A DNA stretch of 64,000 bases. It comes from Candidatus Latescibacterota bacterium. GTDB lineage: Bacteria > Latescibacterota > UBA2968 > GCA-2709665. Every line of letters begins with the position of its first letter. Within the stretch, counting starts at the first letter, position 1. The notes beneath the pieces are model-generated. The model had not been told where the DNA came from and did no database searches. It worked only from the letters and a program-made list of their open reading frames with translations. The stretch lies in assembly GCA_965219455.1 (NCBI GenBank), contig OZ244744.1:3072001-3136000 (forward strand), in the 5' to 3' direction. Both the position numbers and the translations under genes were made by a program. Shown here one piece after another: positions 51,041 through 60,912 of the stretch.

Positions 51041-51085
51041 AATATAATCATTGCTCATTTGAAAGTCAATTGCTTTTTAGCAATT
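51041..51085 (-). promoter_or_regulatory. Sigma70 promoter of the Ubl operon with palindromic operator
   Basis: Minus strand TTGACT-17bp-TATATT; perfect AATTGCT-N4-AGCAATT at 51068-51085 overlapping the -35. Confidence 0.65.
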
Positions 51086-51285
51086 TTTTCCGGTGATGAA
51101 AATCAGCCATGTAGATGTTCACTTACCATACCACGGCCTTGAGGGTTTGCAGCGCCCAACCTGACGGATCAACCCTACGTGTCAATTAAGTATTAGACGA
51201 CTTCCCGTGAGAGTTTGTTGTCGAATATTGGGCGTACTCCCATTTAGCCAGAATCCCGATCTCGGCCATCAGCGCGCGACCGCAC

Positions 51286-52164
51286 CTACCCCTTTGCTTC
51301 CATGAACGCCTCGTACAACGCCAGGGGCTGCGCCATCGATTCATCGATTTCGGTGACGGCGAACCTTACCTCCACGGTCCGTTCATCGCCAACGCGGAAA
51401 TCGTCCCCGAACAGCGAGAGGTAGAGGGGGTTCTGATCCCTGAACGGATCCTTCATGTTCTCACTCTCGTACCCGCTGATCACCGCGTAACAATCCTGGG
51501 GCCTGGACATCAGTACGCCCGCAATGCCCTTTTCCAGGTTCGCGCTCATGATCACCGGCAATTCAAAATACCGTTGCGGATTCCACTGGTAGAGGCCCCA
51601 GATTCGGTCCCATCGCCCGTCGGTGGACCGCCGGGCCGCGTGTTGATCCCTCGAGAATACCAGTCCCGTTCCCACAAATACGTCGTTCACTGCCGGCGCT
51701 ATCCATCGCGCCTGGTCTGCCGGGATATCGAACGGACTGCCCTGAACGTACACGTACGGCCGCAGCGACAGATCGAAATAGTTCGACAGGAACACTTCAT
51801 AAGCCGGGTACGGCCAGTTGGACGCCACGGTTATCGACAGATCCACCGCGTTCGGTTCCACAACTTCGTACCTGGCCGTCATCTCCGCCTTGTGATCGTC
51901 CGTTGGCGCCCAGTGCACGTCGATCGCATTGCCGTCGGATGTAATGGTGCGCTCGTTCTCACGAGCCTGCCCCATACAGTGATTCTGTGAAAACATGAAA
52001 AACAGATTCAGGAGGTCGTACTTCGGATGCACCACCTGCTCCCCGGTGGGCTTATGGGTCAACGCCTTGATCCCATGCCGGTCCCCGTCCGGCTGTATGT
52101 GTCCCGTCATCTCCTCAGTCTCAAAGTGCCACACGTCCCGTTCGGCATCGTGTCTCAACGCCAT
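51286..52164 (-). CDS. Hypothetical protein (beta-rich, possibly carbohydrate-related)
   Basis: 292-aa ORF with GGAGG RBS in the carbohydrate cluster. Confidence 0.6.
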   Translation of the reverse strand: MALRHDAERDVWHFETEEMTGHIQPDGDRHGIKALTHKPTGEQVVHPKYDLLNLFFMFSQNHCMGQARENERTITSDGNAIDVHWAPTDDHKAEMTARYEVVEPNAVDLSITVASNWPYPAYEVFLSNYFDLSLRPYVYVQGSPFDIPADQARWIAPAVNDVFVGTGLVFSRDQHAARRSTDGRWDRIWGLYQWNPQRYFELPVIMSANLEKGIAGVLMSRPQDCYAVISGYESENMKDPFRDQNPLYLSLFGDDFRVGDERTVEVRFAVTEIDESMAQPLALYEAFMEAKG

Positions 52165-52216
52165 CTCTCAGCCTCCTGTTTGGATGGGCAATCGCAATCT
52201 TCTTTCGTCCGCCGTC

Positions 52217-54751
52217 TCACCTGATTTCAAGACATCTCGAAAACCCATACGGATGCATCGGTAACAGCGCACCCGGCATCGGCGGTCTATCCTGGACAAT
52301 CGTCTGCCTGGCGGGCGCCTCGTATCCCGTGATCCAGGCTTTTACCGTCAGTTCTTCGAGGTCGTCGCCCGTAATATCCACCGTTACGGACGACCATCCG
52401 CTGTCGTGAATGGCGAAGAGATAGTCATCTCTTTCTCTGGGACCCACGGGAGGCAGAAACCTGGACGTGCCGTGGTCGCTGCGATCCTGCCGGTGGATGC
52501 GTTGGGTCACGTACGAGTAACGAGCGGGCACACCCCGGTACCGCGATCCGCCGGCGCGGACGTCCACGCTGTCCAGCACCTTCTCCGGCCCGGTCAGGAC
52601 AACCTGCAGTTCGGGGTGCTCGAACCGGTGGGAAACCGCAACGTACCATTGCATCCTGTGCATCCCGTCGTTCAGGTCGTCGCACGTTGCCTCGGCGGAG
52701 AGACCGGGAATCTGCATATCCGGATGCACCACCGGCCCCACGTCGTCCGTGAGTCGCCGGTCCCCTGGAAACCGGTATTCACACCCGCCATCGCATAGCC
52801 GCGCCATGAACGGCGCGCCGGGTATCGGAGAGACGTCCTCCTGCTTGTCGGCGAAGATCTTCAGCAGCCGTACTTCGTTCCCCAACACCGTCACCGACCC
52901 TTCCAGGTCCTGCCAGAAAGGATAAACCTGTCGGATGGCGCCCGGCACATATCCCAACCCGTAATCCACGCGAAGGTCCACAGCCTGCGGCTCGACGGAC
53001 GGATTTCGCAGCATGAGCCACGCGCTTCCGTCCGACGGATGCAGGAAACCATAGACTTCGCCGAAGGCCGGACTCCCCAGCACCATTTGCGTTCCCTTCG
53101 TGCCCAGTTGGTCCGCGTTGAACCGCATCCAGTCCATCATTGACTGAAGCTGTTCCGCGCGATCGGCCCTCAAACTTTCGGGATTTATCGGCATCGGCAT
53201 ATAGGTGGTGCCACGGCAGGCCGCCAACACGAGGTTGTCCAGCCACGTATGGTCCGGGTCTGCAAACGCGTTGGTCAATGCCTGCACGAATTCGTGATTG
53301 TCGTACGCGTCGAAAAAGATGGGCGTTTCCGCCCGGCGCATGATCTGATAGTAAACCGCGTCCCGATGCGTCAGGGCCCGGTCGCGCTGGGTGCGAGACG
53401 GCCACGACGCATACTCACAATCTCCCGAATGCACCAGCCACGTGTGGTTCGCCAGGCACAACCACCACGGGCTCGGCCACCACCCGTTCCGTGTCACCAG
53501 GTCCGGATTGATCGCCCGCAGCCGGCGGTCGATCCGATTGAACGCGTTTACCGAAGCCTCACGCATGTGCTCGGGTGTGGGGAAACGGTCCCGGAAATCG
53601 GGATGGGTGGCGCACTCGTTGTCCCAATCGATTTTCAAGTGCACGGCTCCCACGTCTCTCACCAGCCGCTCCCAGCGCTGAGCCAGGGCCTCTTCGAAGG
53701 ACGGCTGCGCCATGACCACGAACGTTCCGCTTCCATAGGAGCCGGGACCCTCGCCGACCCGCCATCCCTGTTCCTGGATCCAATCGGTGTCAAAACCCAC
53801 GGGGCCGTTGTGGGTCACCCACAATGCCAGCGAGAACCCCTTTTGTTTCAGGTCTTCGGAAAACGCGATAAGCCGTGAGTCATTCTCGTCGTCTCCCTTA
53901 TGCCGGTAGATGGACTTCCGGTCGAACCACCCCGCGTCAAACGCCAGGGAATCCGGCTTCAGGCCTAGGTCCGATACCGCCTCTGCATAGGCCTGATTCA
54001 TCTCGAACGAGTCGATATACTCCCGGTTTCCGAGATACCGCACGGACCATCCGACGGAAAGATGGAAAATAGGCTTTGAAAGCCGGGGCAGGCGGATCTG
54101 CCACAGATAGTCCATAAACGCGTCTCGCACGGTCTCGTGACTTTCTGCCGCGCCGTAGACCGCCGTGTAGCTCTCGATGCGTCGCTCTTTGTCCCATACA
54201 GGGTGGTGGATGAGTTCCAGCCTTTCTCCGGGAACGGCAAACCCCACCGGATGCTCCAGACCGGCGAACCAGTCACCGGCCCAGACCGGATACCCGCACC
54301 CCGGTACCGGGGGGGCGTACGAGTCGAGCCCGGTCTGTTCTTCTGCGTCGGGCCCGCCGCGGACGCCGTATCCGACCCGCCGAATCGGCCGCGGAGGTTG
54401 GTCCTGTAGGTCCACCCAGAGCCGGTCCGGCGTCGGCGCGCTTGGACTGTCCGGCGCCTGAAGCTTCAATTGCTTCCTGAACCAGGGATTGTCTCCATCG
54501 ATCCAGTACCGCACCCGGACCCGAATGCCGGTCGCTTCGTGCCGATAGTCGAACCCCACCTCATCCGTACCGGACTGCATACCGGTCCGGATAAAGCGGT
54601 CGGCAGGAATCTCCACGTCTCCCAGACGGATCATGAATGCCGGAAAGTCAAACGAGCGGCGCGTGCCCGAAAGCCGATTCTCCACCTGCAGATCCCCACC
54701 CTCCCATTTCAGACAAAGGGCGCTGTTTTGTAGCATGCACTGATCGGTCAC
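52217..54751 (-). CDS. Glycoside hydrolase clan-D-like (GH36-like) protein
   Basis: 'FDAGWF', 'LALWV', 'HLKIDWD' TIM-barrel motifs. Confidence 0.55.
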   Translation of the reverse strand: MTDQCMLQNSALCLKWEGGDLQVENRLSGTRRSFDFPAFMIRLGDVEIPADRFIRTGMQSGTDEVGFDYRHEATGIRVRVRYWIDGDNPWFRKQLKLQAPDSPSAPTPDRLWVDLQDQPPRPIRRVGYGVRGGPDAEEQTGLDSYAPPVPGCGYPVWAGDWFAGLEHPVGFAVPGERLELIHHPVWDKERRIESYTAVYGAAESHETVRDAFMDYLWQIRLPRLSKPIFHLSVGWSVRYLGNREYIDSFEMNQAYAEAVSDLGLKPDSLAFDAGWFDRKSIYRHKGDDENDSRLIAFSEDLKQKGFSLALWVTHNGPVGFDTDWIQEQGWRVGEGPGSYGSGTFVVMAQPSFEEALAQRWERLVRDVGAVHLKIDWDNECATHPDFRDRFPTPEHMREASVNAFNRIDRRLRAINPDLVTRNGWWPSPWWLCLANHTWLVHSGDCEYASWPSRTQRDRALTHRDAVYYQIMRRAETPIFFDAYDNHEFVQALTNAFADPDHTWLDNLVLAACRGTTYMPMPINPESLRADRAEQLQSMMDWMRFNADQLGTKGTQMVLGSPAFGEVYGFLHPSDGSAWLMLRNPSVEPQAVDLRVDYGLGYVPGAIRQVYPFWQDLEGSVTVLGNEVRLLKIFADKQEDVSPIPGAPFMARLCDGGCEYRFPGDRRLTDDVGPVVHPDMQIPGLSAEATCDDLNDGMHRMQWYVAVSHRFEHPELQVVLTGPEKVLDSVDVRAGGSRYRGVPARYSYVTQRIHRQDRSDHGTSRFLPPVGPRERDDYLFAIHDSGWSSVTVDITGDDLEELTVKAWITGYEAPARQTIVQDRPPMPGALLPMHPYGFSRCLEIR

Positions 54752-54852
54752 GGAAATGCCTCCTCAATATGTCTATCAACGGGGAACCCTGTGGTCCCTG
54801 GGCCCCCTGAGCAACGCAGGCAGCGTGCATTTTAAGAAGCTCAATGACGGCG

Positions 54853-54969
54853 TTTCGACAAGCTCAACGAACGTCATTGAGCCCGCATCCTGAACTGTGG
54901 CACCTATACCGTCCCGTGAGCCGCTCCCTGAGCTTTTACCCTGAGCCTGTCGAAAGGGGTGTCGAAGGG
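54853..54969. repeat. REP-like TTCGACAAGCTCA / CCTGAGCCTGTCGAA elements
   Basis: Related motifs at 6778-6797 and 23462-23513. Confidence 0.55.
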
Positions 54970-55011
54970 TCGGCGAAGGACTTTCTAAGGGCAACGAACG
55001 GTTGCAGTCAT

Positions 55012-57429
55012 TCACTTTCCGAGTCGTATGGTCTGCCCGGCGTCGACCGCCCGCTCCTCGCCCTCATCTTCACCGCTTGCGAATTCGACCATCAGGTTAT
55101 CCGTATCGTTATTCGTTAAATAGATTGCGCCATCGGGCACGGCATCCACCCGTATGTCGCCCTTTACGCGCAGCGTATGCGATACTCCAAGCATGCAGGC
55201 GCTCTCACTGTTGAGCGGCACGTCATATCGTACAGTGTCTCCAGTCGCATCCACCGCGGCGCCGGCATAAACGTGGATTTCCTCCCGGCGGGTATGCGTA
55301 AACTGACACACCCTGCGCTCGGTGTCGAAATTGGCTGCAGCCAGGTAGCCGTCCGCAACCACGCAGGCGCTCTGTTCCGGTCCGGTCAGGACGTTGAGGC
55401 GACTTGAAGCCGTGTCGTCGTGGGCCTGCTCGGGAATCAGCAACGCCGCCAGGGATCCGCCTTCCTCACCCGCCCGCAACGCCCTTTCTTTCCCCTGACG
55501 CGAGAGCGTGAGATCATCCGCGATGGCGCGATACGGTTTGTAATAGTGCCGATTGAGATAAACCGCGTCGCCCGTTCCCGAAAATACAATGCCCAGCCGG
55601 TCGTCAATATTCAGCCAATCGGGCTTGACGATGCGATCCTCGATATCGTCCTCCTCGCGATCGCCGAGCCAGCCTCTGTAGTCGGTTGACCCGTCGGGGC
55701 GATACAGTGTGCGGACCCCTCTGCAGTTCGGCTTGAGTAACGGGAAATGTTCATTGGTGATCCGCAGGAACCCCTGGTCGAGCGATTCCACCGTCAGATC
55801 TTCCATGGCGGTGAACCGCTCGAAGGACAGTGCCCGTCCATCCGGCAGACTGGCGAACAAAACCTGCTGCCGCAGTGACTCCTGGCACCGGTCCATGACC
55901 ATCGCGGCGGCGAATCCGTCGTCATAGTCGGTCACCCGCACCCGCTTCAGTCGATGGCTGTCCGGCCGTCCCTTCACCACCGGCCTGCCCAGCCAGCTAT
56001 CCGAACAGGGCGCGATCGTATAGATTCCCTCTCTCGTGAGCGGCATCGCCATCACGGAATTCCGCCAGGAAAAGGAAGTCTGCCCTTTGGGATGCCGGTG
56101 ATGGACGAAACCCGCGTGCGGGTATTCCCGCACGCCTGCCAATCGCCGTTCCAGTTCATCTTCCGGGGTGGGTTTCGGGCCGGGACCGAACAAGCGGTGA
56201 AAAAGATACTGGTGCGCGATGGCGCCGATGGTGACTTCCCGCATAATCATCGGATCCTGCTGGTCGTGCGCCCTCATGGAGAATTCCCTGTCGTACATCC
56301 GACCCCCGTTTCCATCCTGCCGCAGTTCCGTGTTCCGGAGTCCTCTGCGCAGCAGCGCGGCGGCGTCCGGGTCGTCAAAAAATACAGCCGCCGCGGAATG
56401 CGGGGTCTCGCTTCCCGTGGACGGCAGATAGTGCCAGTCCATCCCCTGCACGGCCTGGGCATATCCGGACCCGTCGGTCATCGCCTTAAGGTTCTCATAC
56501 ACCCTGCGGCGGTTCCAGAACACCTCCGGCGGCAGTTCCCGTCCCCACAGCTTCAATTGTGCTCCCGCCGAGGTGAGCGGCCGAACGCCCGACGCGGTGT
56601 AGTTCGGATGCACCATCCCGTGGTTTTCCGCCCAGTAATCCGGCAGCGCCGTAAACGTCTTTCCTGCAAGCGCCCCCGCCGTGGCGCCGTTCAACTTTCC
56701 GCGGTCCTTCGCGTCCTGGGGCGCCGCACAGGTGGAATACATCCACCGCCTGCACGTGGCCTCCCACTGAGCCGCACTTTCGTGGCGTTCCAGAAACAGG
56801 AAGCACGACGTCAATCCGTTGGACGTCCAGGCATTCTCTTCCATCTGCGTGTCGACGTAGATCCCGCTCTTCGGCGCCATATCCCCGAACCTGCCGGCAT
56901 AGTCCGCGTGGACACGAGCCATCATCATCCAGGTTTCATCGTCCACCCGGTCCCGCAGCAACAGGCAGACGCGCCCCATGGCCGAGATCCCGTGGCCGCA
57001 CTGGCTTTCCTTGAAGAACCCCAGCCCTCGTTCCCCCCACTTGGTTCCGCAGATCTCCGGCCGGCCCATTCCCACGCTGGGCCGCACGCAATCCGCCGGC
57101 CCGGAGTCGTGTGTGAAACAAAGATAGCGCAATCCCATAATGGCCATGCGCTGAAGGTCGTCCCGGGATACGCCAACCCCTTTCTCATCGTACTCCGGCG
57201 AGACGCTGGCCAGGGCGAATGTCTCCACGGGCGGCGCCGTCTCGTTTCCGTACCAGTGGCACCCGCCGAAAAAATGCCCGCAATCCGGCCTGTCCGGCCA
57301 TTCCTGAAAATACTCGATGCCCACCGGAATCCATTTCTCGATCATCCGCAGGTAGCGGCGGCTCAATTCATTCTCCTCCGCCGGCAAGAACGGCGCCTTC
57401 AATTCCGTAGTGTCTGTCATCTGCGTCAT
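55012..57429 (-). CDS. Hypothetical protein, alpha-toroid plus beta-sandwich, polysaccharide-lyase-like
   Basis: 'DTQMEENAW', 'ENHGMVHPNY', 'QGMDW', 'WLNIDDRLGIVF'; paralogue at 62369-64000. Confidence 0.55.
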   Translation of the reverse strand: MTQMTDTTELKAPFLPAEENELSRRYLRMIEKWIPVGIEYFQEWPDRPDCGHFFGGCHWYGNETAPPVETFALASVSPEYDEKGVGVSRDDLQRMAIMGLRYLCFTHDSGPADCVRPSVGMGRPEICGTKWGERGLGFFKESQCGHGISAMGRVCLLLRDRVDDETWMMMARVHADYAGRFGDMAPKSGIYVDTQMEENAWTSNGLTSCFLFLERHESAAQWEATCRRWMYSTCAAPQDAKDRGKLNGATAGALAGKTFTALPDYWAENHGMVHPNYTASGVRPLTSAGAQLKLWGRELPPEVFWNRRRVYENLKAMTDGSGYAQAVQGMDWHYLPSTGSETPHSAAAVFFDDPDAAALLRRGLRNTELRQDGNGGRMYDREFSMRAHDQQDPMIMREVTIGAIAHQYLFHRLFGPGPKPTPEDELERRLAGVREYPHAGFVHHRHPKGQTSFSWRNSVMAMPLTREGIYTIAPCSDSWLGRPVVKGRPDSHRLKRVRVTDYDDGFAAAMVMDRCQESLRQQVLFASLPDGRALSFERFTAMEDLTVESLDQGFLRITNEHFPLLKPNCRGVRTLYRPDGSTDYRGWLGDREEDDIEDRIVKPDWLNIDDRLGIVFSGTGDAVYLNRHYYKPYRAIADDLTLSRQGKERALRAGEEGGSLAALLIPEQAHDDTASSRLNVLTGPEQSACVVADGYLAAANFDTERRVCQFTHTRREEIHVYAGAAVDATGDTVRYDVPLNSESACMLGVSHTLRVKGDIRVDAVPDGAIYLTNNDTDNLMVEFASGEDEGEERAVDAGQTIRLGK

Positions 57430-57591
57430 ATCATGTTCTCCTGGTTCTGGTCGGAAAATAAGCTATCAGCGGTCACATCACCCGCCCAACCCAACCCGTG
57501 GCAAGACGGGAGACGGAAGAGGGTAGAAAAATCAAAGAGCGAAGAGCCGGTAGAGGGAAGAGGTCAGCTCAAACCGAAAATCAAAAGGCGG

Positions 57592-58208
57592 GACCTCTCC
57601 CCCCGACCCCCTTCCTCTTGCAGCTTTTTTGAACTGCGTTCCGGGACGTTCATTTAATTCGGAGCGGCAAAGAATCTTCCCACCCCCGAACGTCCCCTAT
57701 TCCCTTGCCCTTTTTCTTGCTTCGCCCAAGAAAAAGGGCGAAAAAGAAGGGCGCCGCTCGGCGCGGGGCCGGTTTTTCCGTGAACCACCTCAGGTGCACA
57801 AATGGGAATTTAGTGGCCTGCGAGCCTTACAGGAACGCCCGGCCTGTGGAGATGAACGGAATAACACGGAAAAACCCCCCACACCACCAGTTCCACGTGA
57901 AGTAAACCGGCAAGGCCCGCCGCCTGGTTTTGCGGTTTTGGCTAACAACAGAACACTGTTCGCTGTCTTTCCCTCTGTGTCTTCGTGTCTCCGTGTGAGC
58001 CGAATCTCGTCGTTGCCGGCGTCCGCTGGATATATAGGTTTTCCACCCCCTTTCCTTTAGGAGAGGGGGCCGGGGGGAGAGGTCACCGCGCTGACGTCAA
58101 TTGATTGGGTTTTTGATTCAAGCTGACGGCTAATGGCTGATAGCTGAAAGCTGTTTTTGCTGCTTCCGGTCGGCCGAATTTCGGCAATCTATTTCCGGGA
58201 CAGAACAC
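57592..58208. mobile_element. Composite repeat: REP ends enclosing family A element, followed by MITE right arm
   Basis: GACCTCTCCCCCC (57592) / GGGGGGAGAGGTC (58084) inverted ends; family A at 57670-57790; TIR at 58189-58208. Confidence 0.6.
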
Positions 58209-60912
58209 GATGTCTTACGTCCATAATCTCAAATCGATTCTCTCCGTCCCAGGATCGTCGGGGGAAATAAACTTGCCGGCTCGTCCCGTCCGGACCCATT
58301 TCGAATCCGGGATCGTCCGCCAGCACCAGGATCGTCCGTCCTTCCCGTCTTACGACATCCGATAACCTGAGCCCAAGCGTAAACCCTGCCACGTCCTTAA
58401 CCACAACCGTCAATCCCCTCAGCCCCTCCCCTTCGGGAACGTTTCCGTCCACCACCAGACCGTCCAAATCGGCACCGTTTTCCTTCCGAAATACGCCCAG
58501 GATCTTACCCCTGATGATACCCTCTCCCGACAGGTGGACGTTTCCCTTTTGCAGCAGCCTCCCGCCCACCAGGGTCATCCTCTCCACGGCACCGTCGCGC
58601 TCACGCACAAACCCGATCCGGCCATCCAGCGCCATGTCTTCCACAACCATCCGTTTACCGTCCGGGTTACAGAACAGATAGTCCGTATAACCCTCTCCTG
58701 AAATTTTCAGCGCCAGGCCGTCGGAATCTGTGCCCAGCCGCGTCACCGAGCGGATAAAAGGTGCTTCGCCAATCGGCTCCAGCACATTCACGAATACACT
58801 GGAGAGATCCTTCCCCTCCCGCCGATGAATCAATGCCGGCATGGTGCAATCATCAAGTCTGCCTTCGCTCTCTTCCGCACGCCGAACGGACGGCATGCTC
58901 CCGAAGAGCAGTTCACCATCCAGCTCTGAGACCCCGTGGGTACGAATACGACCCTTCGGCTCGCCCTCGCTGGCGAAGACCACGTTCCACGGCGTGGAGA
59001 TTTCAGCCCGGCTCACGTCCCGCACGTAACCGTAGACGAAATTGTGTCCCTCCGCGTAACCCGGCACGGTCTCGCCGCTGGGAAACACGACCTCCACGTC
59101 GGGCGGCAGCAGTGTCTCACCATAGGTCGACCGATCCAGATCCGTCTCGATAGACCCATCGTTATTCGCATCTCCCACCAGCACGTAGTCGTGCCGCGTT
59201 CCCCCGTCAACGCGAAACACATCCACCACGTACGCATCCTGCGCCGAGACGCCGATCATCACGAGCAAACGTCTGTAATCCCTTACGACCCCGGGATACG
59301 CCCGATTGCCCTGTGCAGCCACCGCCTGAAACCAACTGTTTCCCGGCACAAACAGCAGCAAGTTGCCATCGGAAGGGTCGTTTTCATTGCCCCGCGCCTG
59401 GTCCTCGCCATTCACGACCACGGTGCTGTGTGATAGCGTACTCGACGCCCACTGCCGCTGGTGGGTCCAGGTATAGCCGATATCTGACAGACGCTCCTGC
59501 CCGTGTGAAAACAGGGAAATGCTCAACAAATCGGCATGGGCGTGTCCGTAAGCGCCCGAAAAATGCAGGTGCGCCTGCATCTGATACGCGCCGTTGCCCC
59601 GCCCCAGCCAGGCATGTCCGACGCCGGCCAGCAGATGTGGAGCGGTCTCCGTGGTTGGCGCCCTTTCCTGCCAGGCCCACGTATCGTGCACCGCGACAAG
59701 GCGCCCGTTCGGATATCGCAAGAGATCCGGAATCCGTCTGGCCCTTTCAAAAAACGGGAAGCTGTCCAGGAGATCCAGGTTGTCGTAACGCTCGCCGCTT
59801 TTAGGATTCGAGTAACCCTTTGGATCACTGTATCCCGTCAACAGGTCCATGACGGACACCAGGCCTTCCACCGTCTGATTATGATAGGAGACGGCCCCTT
59901 CCCGCCACATTCCATCCACGAAAAACTGCTTCCGGATCAGATCGCCAATCCATTGTACCGACTCGTGCACGTACGCGGGCTCACCCAGAACGCGTCCCGC
60001 CGAAATCAGCCCGCGCAAGATTGCCGGGTCCATATTGCTGAGTGTAATCGGATAGGACCGTACGAATCTGACACTGCCGTGAAACAGATCATCCTCGATC
60101 CGCCGTTGCATCTCATCGTCTATCTGGCCACTTTCCCGAACGAGATCGTAGGCGAAGATCAGGTTCGACGGGATATCCCCGTACGCCCAGTAATCCCACT
60201 TCGCCGCCAGATACGGAGACACCGGATAGGGAAACGTGTGGTCTCCCTCGAATACCACCTTGGTCCGGAAGGGCGCGTCGAACCGGGCGCAATACCCCGG
60301 ATAAACCTGAGCAAAGCGATCCAGAATCAGCGCAGCTCTGCGTGCGAATGCCGGATTCCCGGTCAGATAGTAAAGCTTTCCGAGTTGATGGGCCGCATCA
60401 GAAAAATACATCCGGGCGACGTACCATCCCTTCGCCCGGAAATAGTGCCGGTACTTCTTGTCGGGCTCGATATGAGAAAGCGGTCCCGGCAACTGCGCCG
60501 GCGGCGGGAACGGCGCCTCCCAGTACGGATACTCCTGGACCTCGCCACGCGGATTGGCCACCCGCATCACCCCGTTTTCCGGGTATAACTCGTTTGGAAA
60601 CCGCATGTTGCAGAACTGGCAGAAGACCCGGTCGGGTTCCTCGATCGACCACGACAGTTGATTCTCTTCCGCGCCACCCGCGCAATTCGGACAGTCCACA
60701 AACCGAAAACCGGACCGGTTCGGAATCAGTCGTACCAGTTCTTCTTCGGACAGCGCAATTACGGACGCCAGGTTTTCCTCAAGGCCCGCAACGTGACCCT
60801 GGTCGACCTGGGGCCGAAATACCGGTTCCGCGTTAAGCCGGTCCGGCATCAGAAACAGCAGAAACGCCAGAGTCAACACCACGCAGATCAATATCATTTC
60901 CCGCTCCATCAC
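58189..60912 (-). CDS. Heparinase II/III-family polysaccharide lyase, secreted
   Basis: 'DGMWREGAVSYH', 'GHAHADLLS', 'DIGY', 'HSTVVVNG..Q'; N-terminal CPNC…CQFC. Confidence 0.8.
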   Translation of the reverse strand: MMEREMILICVVLTLAFLLFLMPDRLNAEPVFRPQVDQGHVAGLEENLASVIALSEEELVRLIPNRSGFRFVDCPNCAGGAEENQLSWSIEEPDRVFCQFCNMRFPNELYPENGVMRVANPRGEVQEYPYWEAPFPPPAQLPGPLSHIEPDKKYRHYFRAKGWYVARMYFSDAAHQLGKLYYLTGNPAFARRAALILDRFAQVYPGYCARFDAPFRTKVVFEGDHTFPYPVSPYLAAKWDYWAYGDIPSNLIFAYDLVRESGQIDDEMQRRIEDDLFHGSVRFVRSYPITLSNMDPAILRGLISAGRVLGEPAYVHESVQWIGDLIRKQFFVDGMWREGAVSYHNQTVEGLVSVMDLLTGYSDPKGYSNPKSGERYDNLDLLDSFPFFERARRIPDLLRYPNGRLVAVHDTWAWQERAPTTETAPHLLAGVGHAWLGRGNGAYQMQAHLHFSGAYGHAHADLLSISLFSHGQERLSDIGYTWTHQRQWASSTLSHSTVVVNGEDQARGNENDPSDGNLLLFVPGNSWFQAVAAQGNRAYPGVVRDYRRLLVMIGVSAQDAYVVDVFRVDGGTRHDYVLVGDANNDGSIETDLDRSTYGETLLPPDVEVVFPSGETVPGYAEGHNFVYGYVRDVSRAEISTPWNVVFASEGEPKGRIRTHGVSELDGELLFGSMPSVRRAEESEGRLDDCTMPALIHRREGKDLSSVFVNVLEPIGEAPFIRSVTRLGTDSDGLALKISGEGYTDYLFCNPDGKRMVVEDMALDGRIGFVRERDGAVERMTLVGGRLLQKGNVHLSGEGIIRGKILGVFRKENGADLDGLVVDGNVPEGEGLRGLTVVVKDVAGFTLGLRLSDVVRREGRTILVLADDPGFEMGPDGTSRQVYFPRRSWDGENRFEIMDVRHRVLSRK

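Noticed and set aside
55954-57657. Long antisense ORFs (also 1291-2505, 3182-4333, 36972-38255, 39364-40530, 41696-43066)
   Set aside because: Shadow frames of well-supported genes in GC-rich DNA, with no recognisable motifs
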